51,894 nt of DNA, taken from contig CAVQNG010000002.1 in assembly GCA_963713825.1 (NCBI GenBank), positions 1 to 51,894 of the forward strand, in the 5' to 3' direction. Position 1 is the first letter of the stretch. Every line of letters starts with the position of its first letter. The notes under the pieces were generated by a model. The model worked only from the letters and a program-made list of their open reading frames with translations. It made no database searches and had not been told where the DNA came from. The translations under genes were made by a program, and so were the position numbers. This document shows positions 18,424 through 27,730 of this stretch, one piece after another. The stretch comes from an uncultured Acidobacteriota bacterium (GTDB lineage: Bacteria > Acidobacteriota > Thermoanaerobaculia > Multivoradales > JAHEKO01).

Positions 18424-18724
18424 TATGTGGCTCTTGTCCAAGCCATTGCAGCATTCTGCGCGAAAAGAGGGGATACCCCTCTACCACCTCGGGTGTTGTG
18501 CCGATCCTCCACCTTTCGCGATGGTTGCCGGAGACCCGAATGGGAAGTGAAGTGATGAAGAGAGTGGCCTTGATTCTGCGCGCCTTCAACGTGCCAATCA
18601 CTCTCTTCTCCGCCGAGCTCTCGGCGCAGGCATTCGAAGTAGACGGACCGATCAAATCAGATCCGATTCTCTGAGCTGGTGTGGTGATTGGAAGGGCTGA
18701 AGCAACCAAAGAAGGAGACTAACC

Positions 18725-19105
18725 ATGAAGCGAATCACCGTGCTGTACATTCTTCTAGTTCTGAGCCTGACGTGGTTCGCAGTCGAGTACCACAGGGACA
18801 CGGTTAGGGAGCTCAAAATCGGAGACCGCTGGGCTCTGAATAATAGCGAGTGGAGAGTCACGGCAGAAATCAACAAGCAGACCGAGATGTATTACTGCTG
18901 GGAAAAGGTCATGCTGAGGCTGATCGAGGTTGACAAGTTGGAAGCTCTCGACACCGAGCATGTCCGGGCAATCAACGACTCCTGCTATTCGGATCCGAAA
19001 GGAACGATAAAGCTGGTAAGCGAGATCAGACAGGAAGCTGGGTTGGAGTTTCTAGTGCGCTCCGTACTAGATCACCTACCCACTGAGACGGAGGTCTCGG
19101 AGTAA
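18725..19105 (+). CDS. Hypothetical protein with N-terminal signal/anchor
   Basis: 126 aa, AAGGAG RBS. Confidence 0.6.
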   Translation: MKRITVLYILLVLSLTWFAVEYHRDTVRELKIGDRWALNNSEWRVTAEINKQTEMYYCWEKVMLRLIEVDKLEALDTEHVRAINDSCYSDPKGTIKLVSEIRQEAGLEFLVRSVLDHLPTETEVSE

Positions 19106-19595
19106 GGCAGATCGCATTCGCGGTGACCCGGCCCCAATGCATGTACCGCCCAGCACGCTAGGAATCCGTTCAGGACGGGCGCATTCTACTCGAGTGTCCT
19201 CCGAGGGGCAGTCGATCGCTTCTGGTGCCGGCGACAGTGTTCAATCGGAGATCGAGTAAGGCACCGAGGGAATGAGGCGATCATTTGCCAACCGAGCAAC
19301 GGCATGCCACTGAGGTGCCAAATCACATATTAGGGCTGCCCGCCCAACCCAGTGCGAGTAAGCCCGCCATGCAAGAGTTGAAGAACTGGAACGGATGCCG
19401 CCTAGTCCTTCTCGAGGGAAAGTCTAGGCACATGGTCGAGATACCCTGCGTAGTGCTGGAAGCCCCACCTGATAATCGCTAGCGGATCAGAGCAGCGTAC
19501 GCCCGTGTGGGGGTACTGCATGAGAAGGAGTGGATAGTCGAGGGCTGAAGGCTTGCCCCGCAACAGATCCGCGCCTAGTAGGAATCAGCTCAAGC

Positions 19596-20204
19596 TCATT
19601 GGCACTGCTGACACACTTGAGGACAGTCACTTCCCCCTCCGGGTCCTGAATAGCACGGCCCTCCGGGGCCGTCATAACAGGGTCCTCCCGGCCCGTCGTA
19701 CACCGGCCCTCCTGGGCCTGAATAGCAGGGTCCCCCTGGACCGTCATACCTCGGCCCCCCAGGGCCGTCAAATGCTGGTCCCCCAGGACCGGAGAACTCC
19801 GGCCCTCCGGGGCCGTCGTAACAGGGTCCTCCTGGGCCGTCATATGCTGGTCCGCCTGGTCCGGCGTATGCTTGACCTCCCGGCCCGGCGTAGCACGGTC
19901 CACCAGGGCCAGCATAGCCTTTACACTGACAAACAGAGTCACCGATGGGAGGCAACGTTGAGCTGACGGGTGGGATACTAGGATAGGCCCTTGGGGAATC
20001 CGGCACTGAGCCGGATGCTAACTTTTCGGCCAGAATGAGCACAGCTTGGTTGTAGGCTTCTAGTGTGAGCCTTGGGTCTCGCGCCTTCGCCTGCGAGTAG
20101 GGGATCAGCTTCTTGATGGTCAAGACAAGTTCTGCCTGCGTTTCAGCGAAAACCGGCCCGCTGAGTAAAGACGCAAGAATGAGCAACATGAGGATTCGTC
20201 GCAT
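19596..20204 (-). CDS. Secreted protein with 12 tandem (Y/F)xGPGGxx octapeptides flanked by Cys clusters
   Basis: Signal peptide (..PVFA); CQCKG-[repeats]-DCPQVCQQCQ; GGAGG RBS before ATG 20204. Confidence 0.82.
   Translation of the reverse strand: MRRILMLLILASLLSGPVFAETQAELVLTIKKLIPYSQAKARDPRLTLEAYNQAVLILAEKLASGSVPDSPRAYPSIPPVSSTLPPIGDSVCQCKGYAGPGGPCYAGPGGQAYAGPGGPAYDGPGGPCYDGPGGPEFSGPGGPAFDGPGGPRYDGPGGPCYSGPGGPVYDGPGGPCYDGPGGPCYSGPGGGSDCPQVCQQCQ
19629..19916 (-). repeat. 12 x 24-bp coding tandem repeat
   Basis: Degenerate at the DNA level, conserved as YxGPGGPx in protein. Confidence 0.9.
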
Positions 20205-20515
20205 GTCGGACCTCCCCAAAATCGTTATTGGGTGAATTCACCGTAACAAGCCCCTTTGCCCCGCAACACACCCTGATGGGTAGGGGGGTGTTGCATATTT
20301 CACAGTTGCGCTGCCGCCCAATCATAGAGGTGGAACCCATCCTTCGGACCACTTTCAGTCAAATCTAAGGTGGTATCCGGGTTCATGATTCAGGCTGTTT
20401 CTTCCTCAGTCTGCGATGAGGTTGGGCGAAGCCCCGGTCCCTGAGCAGCCCCGTCGTCAGTTCACGCCTCCTCCAAGGCCTCAACGCAGAAGCTCGCCGT
20501 GGCTTGCTTCCGAAT

Positions 20516-20540
20516 TAGCTCGCCCTTCGGCGGTGAGCTA
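20516..20540. other. Isolated intergenic hairpin TAGCTCGCC-CTTCGGC-GGTGAGCTA
   Basis: 9-bp stem; weak U-tract, so a terminator role is uncertain. Confidence 0.3.
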
Positions 20541-20882
20541 CCACCTTTCTTGAGTTGGAAGGAGCCAGCGTCCTCTACTTGCCACACACCATCGGTTTGT
20601 AGGTGCCAGAAAGGATACTCAGGATGAGTGCTTGGGGAGTCAGGTCCGAACTCGCGGAAAAGATCCCTCAGGGGCTCCTGAACGTCTACGAATCGTGTCT
20701 TGGCGTCTTCGCCTCGGAGAATGCGGCCGAGCGCGAGAAGGGCGAGTAGGGGCTTGTGCGGTGCTCGCCTGTCCCCGTGTTTCCAGACGTTCAGAGTCTG
20801 AAATTTGTTCAGTACGTCAGAGTTTGGCGCCAGATGGGCCTCCCCGCTTCTAGGACTTCGTCTTGAATTCCGGGACTACTTG

Positions 20883-21377
20883 TCACCGGCGGGCCAGATC
20901 CTCCAGCTTCTTTTCCAGCTGTGCCAGTCTCTCCAACGCATCTTGCAGAGATGGGATTACAAGGATGCCTCTCGCCGGCTCTCGGAACAGTGATTCCATC
21001 TGCTCATAGAAGACACCGTCCTGATAGAGCTGCTTGGCTTTGTTAGAAATGATCCCGCGACTGCGAAGCGCTGGATCAAGAATGTCGTAGGCCACAAGTT
21101 CTGCGGCCTCTCGTCCGACTTTCCCAACAAGCCTCTTGTGCTTCCAGTATCGGACCTCAGTCACGTAGTCGGGGTTTAGGCAGGCTGCTGACGTGCCTGT
21201 AGCCACACTGCTGTCTCGGCGCAAGAGATGCTGTTCGATTCGCCTCTGGAGATCCTTTCCGCTTCCTACATAGGCTACATATCTGGATCTGCCTTGGCCG
21301 CCATACAAGGCATAGACCCCTGGAGTAGTAGGGAGGTCCGGGATCGAGGTGTGAGTAGTCATGCCAGAGCTGTTCAT
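20883..21377 (-). CDS. GIY-YIG nuclease-family protein with C-terminal coiled coil
   Basis: PGVYALY...YVGSGKDLQRRIEQH, later conserved Glu (AAEL); ATGA overlap with the upstream gene. Confidence 0.75.
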   Translation of the reverse strand: MNSSGMTTHTSIPDLPTTPGVYALYGGQGRSRYVAYVGSGKDLQRRIEQHLLRRDSSVATGTSAACLNPDYVTEVRYWKHKRLVGKVGREAAELVAYDILDPALRSRGIISNKAKQLYQDGVFYEQMESLFREPARGILVIPSLQDALERLAQLEKKLEDLARR

Positions 21378-22786
21378 TCGTTCAGATCTCCATTAGTCCG
21401 AAGGCTGGGGAATCCGGGGTCGTCAGTGTCCAACGCTGGCCACCCTTCGTGGAGGTCCCTCGCATTCAATGCTGCTCGCATGATGAGGGCCTCCGAATCA
21501 CTTGGTCGGCGTTGCGAGGCCCAGGAGAAGAAAGCGGTTAGAAACCGAAGCCACTGCGAATAGTTGATCGCGAGCGGATTGGCATGAAGGCAGATGACTT
21601 TTCCTGCATTTGCCGCAGCTGCGATCCCGTGAGCACCGAGGGCCATCGCCAGGAACCGGGGGTGGCGCCCGATTCGTTTCGTATTGTTCAGCTCCGCCTC
21701 GTGTTCGATCTGTATCTGGTATGGAGGATCGAGCCTCTGCCGAAGTGCAAAGTAACCTCGAAGCACGGTCTCAGCAGCTGCTACTGAGGTACTCATGGTC
21801 AGGAAATGTCTGCTGTCATATCCCTTGAGGTACATGAACCGAGCGAGTTCTGCTGCGTTTCTGTGCCTCGTTCCAAAGTCTCCAACTTGGAGAAGTTGCA
21901 GGGCAGACCAGCCTGGTGCGGGTAGGCCCATGGGAGTGAACCCGTCGGACAGGAGGTGACCAAGCTGAAACACGAAAGCGGTGAGGGGGTTAGGAATGGC
22001 CTCCCCGGTGCGGTTGAGAAAATGAATCGTTCCTGACTTGCTGATGGCCGTCAGACCGCCTCTCATGATGTCGACAGTTCCAATAACAAGGCCTAGGAGG
22101 GGGTCGTGTCCAATTGACTGGAGACGATGAGATCTTGGGTAGAAGCCATCCACTGGCACGTCTTTCACCCGGTCGTACGCGACCTTGAAGTATCTGGCGA
22201 GCCAGTTGTCAGCTGGCATATCGAGTGACCGAAGGGTCTTGGTTAAGGCACTCCCGGTCTGAGAGTGCACTCCCAGATAGACCACATCCTTCGGGATCTG
22301 GACGATGAACAAGTCAACTAATGCAGCGACTAAGCCTGCGGTGACAGTCACAGCGACGTCGTATTGGTCAAGCTCGGTTCTGATCGAGAGTCCACCCTCG
22401 AACCGAAGATGAATGTCTCGAGCTTCTTCTGGGTCCAACAGTTCATCCAAAGTGACATGGTCTACTTCGATGCTTCTCTCTTCAAGGCTGGTCCGGGCAG
22501 CGTCGCAGAGTGCGTCCCAACTGACGTTGTCGGTGTAGTGATCACGACGTTGGGCGGCCAGGGATAGACTCCTGTTCGGGGCCTGCTTGGAGGTCTCAAT
22601 GCCAAGGTGCTTTGCAGTCCTCTCTATTCGATCTTCGACCTTTCCAAGGTTCTCGTCTGTATCCTGCGCCGACTCTTTCAGCTCCAGGACCTCTTCTTTT
22701 AGGTCGGCCAGATCCCTCTTGAGCCAGTTAAGTACTACTGGCAGCGATTCGTTGGAACTCAGACTGCCTCCTCCTTTTCCATCCAA
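21374..22786 (-). CDS. Coiled-coil + membrane protein of unknown function
   Basis: N-terminal heptads, hydrophobic helices, HRLQSIGHDPLLG and GHLLSD..TPMGLPAP motifs. Start uncertain (GGAGGAGG RBS precedes a CTG at 22762 overlapping the upstream stop). Confidence 0.8.
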   Translation of the reverse strand: MDGKGGGSLSSNESLPVVLNWLKRDLADLKEEVLELKESAQDTDENLGKVEDRIERTAKHLGIETSKQAPNRSLSLAAQRRDHYTDNVSWDALCDAARTSLEERSIEVDHVTLDELLDPEEARDIHLRFEGGLSIRTELDQYDVAVTVTAGLVAALVDLFIVQIPKDVVYLGVHSQTGSALTKTLRSLDMPADNWLARYFKVAYDRVKDVPVDGFYPRSHRLQSIGHDPLLGLVIGTVDIMRGGLTAISKSGTIHFLNRTGEAIPNPLTAFVFQLGHLLSDGFTPMGLPAPGWSALQLLQVGDFGTRHRNAAELARFMYLKGYDSRHFLTMSTSVAAAETVLRGYFALRQRLDPPYQIQIEHEAELNNTKRIGRHPRFLAMALGAHGIAAAANAGKVICLHANPLAINYSQWLRFLTAFFSWASQRRPSDSEALIMRAALNARDLHEGWPALDTDDPGFPSLRTNGDLNE

Positions 22787-23709
22787 CTGATGGCAGTTTC
22801 GACTGCTCCAAGCGTAGCTTCGATGTCCTTGAGGCGCCTCGAGTTTTTGTCGTTAAGCGCTCGCTCCTCTCGCAGAGAAGATTCAATCTCTTTGCGCTGT
22901 TGAACAAGGGACTTGATTACCTCTTGTGCCTTCTTGAGCTGGATCTGGTTTGACAGGACGAGTACTCGAAAACTTGTTTGCAGCTTGGCCAGTTCCAACC
23001 GTGCCCTAGCGGCACCAATCTCGAGCAACAGCTGTCCGCCACCAATAGCTCCCCCACCGACGACAGCGCCAGTTGTAGCTATGAGCCACAGGCCACCAGC
23101 AATACCCGAGCCACCGGCTGCTAGGCTTCCTCCTCCAAGCAGAGCTAACCCGTGAGAGACGGCTGCTGCCCCGCTAAGACCTGCTGCTGAGCCCAGAACA
23201 CCTCCGATAAGTGGCGCCAGAGCCCATCCGCCCACGGCCAGAGCGGCACCCCCACCGATCGATATAACAGTGACCTTCTTCCAGTTGAGGTTCTTCTGGG
23301 ATCGTAGCGCTGCCTTTTTTGCCTTGAGTACCTGATCGACCTGAGTTTGGGAAAGGCCAAGGCTTTGTGCAACAAACGCCAGCGCCGAAGCGAAATCGCG
23401 AGGAGCGATCTTGAGATCATATGGGAAGAATGGTTGGGTGAATGCCAACTCGCACAGCAGCGGGACGGCAGTTGACTCTGTCCAGTCAGTTTTGAGTAGG
23501 GCAAGAGCACTCCCCTCGACTGTGGTTCCACCTAACTCCTCTTTGAAAGCCTGATTGAATGAATCCACCTTGATTCTGATAGCTCTTTGCTTCTTACCTT
23601 TTCGGAGCTTGTTTTTTTCGAATTCGGTAAGTTGCCTAGCCAGATCGATAGTTCCTGCTGCGATGGCGAAAGAGTCGACAGCTGCCCTGTCGGATTCAGT
23701 AATCTCCAT
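22759..23709 (-). CDS. Glycine-zipper membrane protein with C-terminal coiled coil (pore-former-like architecture)
   Basis: ~80-aa Gly/Ala hydrophobic stretch (GLSGAAAVSHGLALLGGGSLAAGGSGIAGG) followed by heptads; GGAGG RBS before ATG 23709. Confidence 0.8.
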   Translation of the reverse strand: MEITESDRAAVDSFAIAAGTIDLARQLTEFEKNKLRKGKKQRAIRIKVDSFNQAFKEELGGTTVEGSALALLKTDWTESTAVPLLCELAFTQPFFPYDLKIAPRDFASALAFVAQSLGLSQTQVDQVLKAKKAALRSQKNLNWKKVTVISIGGGAALAVGGWALAPLIGGVLGSAAGLSGAAAVSHGLALLGGGSLAAGGSGIAGGLWLIATTGAVVGGGAIGGGQLLLEIGAARARLELAKLQTSFRVLVLSNQIQLKKAQEVIKSLVQQRKEIESSLREERALNDKNSRRLKDIEATLGAVETAISWMEKEEAV

Positions 23710-23763
23710 GGTCGGCCTCCATCCTCTGGTGGTTCTGCATCTCAAACCGGCAAGTACGGGCTT

Positions 23764-24165
23764 TCAGCACACATCCCGTCCAGTCAACAGATACTCAAAC
23801 CGATCAGCTTCGCGCGCCAGGACCTTCAGATAGAACTTGAGTTCCTCTGGTTGTAGCGTGTCAGCTCGGTGGCTAACCCAGGCATCTATGCCATTTCGAG
23901 GACTCAATCCAAAGGTCACAATTTCGGTTGCGCGGTTCCGAGCCAGGATTCGCTGTGCCAAATGCTTGAGCTGGATCTTTTTGACCGCTTGAGGCCGGGC
24001 GACTGGCGAGACAAACAAGTAGAAGTCGCCCTCTTGCCGATAACGAATTACTTGGCTGCGTCCAGTCTCAAAGGTGACTGTCAAGCGCCCCTCGCTACAA
24101 CTCACCACCAAGTCATGATCAAGTCGAGCCTCGGCCCCGCCAAGTAGAGTCTTAATGTGAGGCAC
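23764..24165 (-). CDS. Small YbjN / type III chaperone-like protein
   Basis: GTG 24165 with AAGGAGG RBS; GRSQVI..FVSPVA..LARN..TLQPEEL..LAREADRFEYLLTGRD resembles the YbjN/CesT fold pattern. Confidence 0.7.
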   Translation of the reverse strand: MPHIKTLLGGAEARLDHDLVVSCSEGRLTVTFETGRSQVIRYRQEGDFYLFVSPVARPQAVKKIQLKHLAQRILARNRATEIVTFGLSPRNGIDAWVSHRADTLQPEELKFYLKVLAREADRFEYLLTGRDVC

Positions 24166-27100
24166 GTTTGGCCTCCTTGTGCAGGTCGCGACGAAACTGA
24201 TCGATCGAAGTGTCCTCTTCACCTCTCCAGTACTGCTCCAGATAGTCAGCGCACCGGCAGATCCTGCGTATGAGGTACCGAAGCTCCTCGAACTGAGTCA
24301 GCTCCTGATCGAGCAAGAGATCGCCTTCCACCGTGACGGAGTAGGAATCGCGCTCGTCTTCTGGCACTGCGCAGATCTTGTCGCCGTCGATTGCGGACTG
24401 AAGTTGCAGCATTTCGCGAGCCACTCGGTCGTTCATAGCAACGGGTCCAACAGGACTGACCCCATGCAGTAGCGTTACATCACCGTGCGCCGATTTGCGG
24501 AGGGACAGGGCAAACGGTTGTCGGCGCACGGCCGGGTCGTCCAGCAGGTTTTTCTCATCCGTCGTGAGCAACAGATTGTCAAGTAGAAACGTGGTTCCAT
24601 ACCTTCCAGCCGGTCCATCAGCTTCATCCCACTCGATGAGTAGCTCTCGGGACACCTGTTCGCGTAGCAGCTGGAAGATGTCGAGGAGATCCTGAACCCT
24701 CTTGAACGGTTTCAGAACAAGCTTTCTACTGCCCTTGAGCAGGTGTTCCTGCACGGGAAACCGGGTCTCCAGTCGGTTTTTGATGGGTTCAATATCTCGC
24801 AGCAGCTTCGCGAATTCACTTTGGGTATCAATGCTTGGCTCGAACTTCTCCATCCGAAAACCACTGTGAATGAGGCGAAGGAACCGATTCATGCGTTCGA
24901 AGACTCGATGGGCTTGAAGTCGCTCGACGGTGTCTCCAAGGTAGGGGTACTGGACCTGAAGGAGCTCCTCTGGCGGAGCTTCTTCGTCGCGGTTGTCGAG
25001 GCTGCGGTGAATCAGGGATCCGATCCGGTCGACCCGGCCCGTACGCTGTTCCATCGCGGACGGCGTCCACGCCAAACCGTAGTGAATAACCCTCGAGCAG
25101 AAAGTGTGGAGATCCTCTCCCTCCCGCAGGACATCGGTGGACACCAGAACGAACGGGTATCCTGGCAATCTGAATTGCCTGACCAGGACGTCGCTCTTGG
25201 CACCGCCATGCATACGGCCGACGGGCGACTGCTTGCCAAGTGACGTGGCATAGAGGCGTGGCAGCTCAGGAATAGGAGCCCGCAGAGCCTCAGGGAAATT
25301 CACCGCGTGGATCAGGTCGTGGTACTCGGCGAAGAGCTGAAGTTCTCTAAAGGCTGTGAAGACTTCGGTGTCCCCAACCTGGGACTCCAGGAGATCGAGA
25401 TACTCGTCAATCAACGCGGTGGACCGATCTTCAGCTTGTTCCTGTACCCGAAGTTCCATCGAACCGAGTCGATTCACGGCCAAGATCCAGAGGTCGATAA
25501 AGGCGTGACCGAGGCGGGCAGCTGCGGAAAGTAGCTCGCGCCGCCTCTCCCGGTCCTCAAGTTGCCCAGAGAATTCGCCGCCGTTGTTGATCGGCCAGAG
25601 ACGCTCTGCGAGATCGGGGCGATGTCGAAGCTCGGTGAAGAAAGTGCGAGTGTCCAGGAACTCGGAGGAACCCGGCAAGTCATCTGGCACCTCGTCCACA
25701 CGCCTTAGCGGCCTAGCACCATAGCGCTTCTGTCTAATAGTGCGGGCATCGCGGCTGACAGGGAGGCTGGATTCTGCCAACAGTTCCAGACCAGCCTCCT
25801 GATAGGCGTGAAAGAGTCGGAAGCGGGGGAGCCTCTTCCGCTTCCTTTCCTGGAGCCGGCTGAAGGCTAGACGGCGAAGATCATCCTCCACCTCAGGAGC
25901 TTGGCGGCCAAGAACGGCGCAAAGGGCCTCACGGGTGTGCGCCCTGGTCTGCAGAAGATCCCCGACGTAGTTGTCCTCGAACATGGTGGAGTAGAGAGAG
26001 CCCTCGCCACGTAAACGGTTCTTGCGAAAGGCTGCCCCTGAAAGCCACCCGCTCGGCCCGTCGCCACGGAAGAACCATGAGAAGAAGGTGTCCAAGCCAC
26101 CTTTGTCCTCGGCCTCCCCCGTTTCTGCGAGCAGCTCTTCGTCGGCCTCGAGATCGGGTTCGTCCCTTGCTTGGTCGGAGGAGTAGTCCCTGCGGCCTCG
26201 TTTGACCTGCTCCACTTTGTACTGATCGAGGATCTGCTCTAGGGGATCCTGAAGACCTGGGTCTAGCCGCTCCTGGAGATATCGGAAGATCTGTCGGTCG
26301 TATGCCAATGACAGTTTTTCTGCAATCTCTTCGACACTCCTAATTCGGCGAACGAAAACGAGTGTCTTCTCGCCTGTTCTGAAGCTCTCTGCGAGGCTCT
26401 TGACCGCAGAATCCATCTTGGGATGGGGAAGGGGTTGTCCGAACTTCCGCCGATAGGAGGCTGCCAGTCGATTGACTGCAGGGGTATCGACCCCGTCCCG
26501 CTCCGCTTGTTCTGTCGTCTGCTCAGCCCCTTCTTCGAAGGTTGCTAGCTCTTCCTCTTCGATTTCTTTCACCCCTGAAGTCTCGAGAAAGCTCTCAAAT
26601 GAGGCCAACATGCCGATCTGGAAACGGTTGTTGAACTTCTCGTGGCTCAGCACCTCGGCGACCTTCTTCTGAATTAGGGCCACGATGAGCTTCTGACGAT
26701 CGTCAGGGATCTCGAGACCTTCATCGTGGATCTCGCATCCGCCGCCGCGCCATTCGCGGCGATACATATTCTTGGTGTGGAGATCGCCAGCGATCCGTAA
26801 GCCAGTCAGGCGCCGAAGAAGAAACCTCTGTGCAGCTTCGTGTTGTTGCTGCTCCGTGAGCTCGCGGTCTTTCAGTTCGGAGACAAGGCCCCCAAACCCG
26901 AACAGATCCAGCTGATTCCAGAGCTGAACATAGTCCGTTTCGAGCGGGGTGGCCGAGAGAAACAGCACTCGGTCAAAACGTGGGCCGAATTGTGGCCATT
27001 CGAGGCTCTCCTCGTCTGTGTCGGACCCCAGAACTAGCTGGATGAGCTTGTTCCTGGCCGCGCCAGAGCTACGGCCATGCTTGAGATTGTGGCCCTCGTC

Positions 27101-27730
27101 AAACACAACGAGGTCGTAATGCGGATGGAGAATGTTGAGAGTTCTGGCGTAGATGCTCTTGAATCGGTCCTTGTCCCGCCCGACCCGCTGGAGTAGTGGC
27201 CGATACTTCAATGGCGTGATTTGTGCGAGCTGGTTCTTCTTGCCTTGCCACTCCCGCGGATCGGATGAAAGCGGCAGGCTGAAGCTCGTCAGACGGCAGA
27301 AGAAGTCTCGATTTGGATCACGGACTGCCTTCTGTGTCCAATCAAAGAGCGAATGGCAGAAAGCCACACCCCTAGCTGGAGTGCCCTGAACGCTCTTGAC
27401 TCGCTGTTCCACTCGAAGCCAATTACCGCTGACGAAGTTGCGCAGTTCTTTGATCCACTTGCGTTGGATGTTCTCGCGTGGAGCAATGTAGAGAACACGG
27501 TAGCCGGGATTGAAGTAACGAAGCAGAGACACAGCTCCCAGGGCAACGTAGGTCTTGCCCATCCCGACCTCGTCAGCGAGGTAGGCGACCCCCTCTTTCG
27601 CCAGGATGTTGTGGATGGCGACCGCACCTTGAAGCTGGTCGTCTGCCATCACCTGGGACACGGCAGGTCCGCTCTTGAAGTTCAAGAGCTCTCGAGCAGC
27701 GCCGATGGGGATGGTCTCTATTTCCCTCAT
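24152..27730 (-). CDS. SNF2-like SF2 helicase/ATPase with C-terminal chaperone-like domain
   Basis: LADEVGMGKT, DEGH, SATP, STDVLREGEDL, QRTGRVDRIG; ATGA overlap with the PLD gene. Confidence 0.92.
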   Translation of the reverse strand: MREIETIPIGAARELLNFKSGPAVSQVMADDQLQGAVAIHNILAKEGVAYLADEVGMGKTYVALGAVSLLRYFNPGYRVLYIAPRENIQRKWIKELRNFVSGNWLRVEQRVKSVQGTPARGVAFCHSLFDWTQKAVRDPNRDFFCRLTSFSLPLSSDPREWQGKKNQLAQITPLKYRPLLQRVGRDKDRFKSIYARTLNILHPHYDLVVFDEGHNLKHGRSSGAARNKLIQLVLGSDTDEESLEWPQFGPRFDRVLFLSATPLETDYVQLWNQLDLFGFGGLVSELKDRELTEQQQHEAAQRFLLRRLTGLRIAGDLHTKNMYRREWRGGGCEIHDEGLEIPDDRQKLIVALIQKKVAEVLSHEKFNNRFQIGMLASFESFLETSGVKEIEEEELATFEEGAEQTTEQAERDGVDTPAVNRLAASYRRKFGQPLPHPKMDSAVKSLAESFRTGEKTLVFVRRIRSVEEIAEKLSLAYDRQIFRYLQERLDPGLQDPLEQILDQYKVEQVKRGRRDYSSDQARDEPDLEADEELLAETGEAEDKGGLDTFFSWFFRGDGPSGWLSGAAFRKNRLRGEGSLYSTMFEDNYVGDLLQTRAHTREALCAVLGRQAPEVEDDLRRLAFSRLQERKRKRLPRFRLFHAYQEAGLELLAESSLPVSRDARTIRQKRYGARPLRRVDEVPDDLPGSSEFLDTRTFFTELRHRPDLAERLWPINNGGEFSGQLEDRERRRELLSAAARLGHAFIDLWILAVNRLGSMELRVQEQAEDRSTALIDEYLDLLESQVGDTEVFTAFRELQLFAEYHDLIHAVNFPEALRAPIPELPRLYATSLGKQSPVGRMHGGAKSDVLVRQFRLPGYPFVLVSTDVLREGEDLHTFCSRVIHYGLAWTPSAMEQRTGRVDRIGSLIHRSLDNRDEEAPPEELLQVQYPYLGDTVERLQAHRVFERMNRFLRLIHSGFRMEKFEPSIDTQSEFAKLLRDIEPIKNRLETRFPVQEHLLKGSRKLVLKPFKRVQDLLDIFQLLREQVSRELLIEWDEADGPAGRYGTTFLLDNLLLTTDEKNLLDDPAVRRQPFALSLRKSAHGDVTLLHGVSPVGPVAMNDRVAREMLQLQSAIDGDKICAVPEDERDSYSVTVEGDLLLDQELTQFEELRYLIRRICRCADYLEQYWRGEEDTSIDQFRRDLHKEAKRASH

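Noticed and set aside
19629-19916. Regular 24-bp periodicity suggesting a CRISPR array
   Set aside because: No unique spacers; variation is mostly synonymous within a protein repeat.
6700-20300. Run of short unrelated ORFs suggesting an integron cassette array
   Set aside because: Mixed orientations, no convincing RYYYAAC...GTTRRRY attC sites seen, and no integrase.
20655-20750. Plus-strand peptide LLNVYESCLGVFASENAAEREKGE* resembling an HsdM segment (VYEYFLG.FA....GE)
   Set aside because: Too short and degenerate to support without a search; possible relic only.
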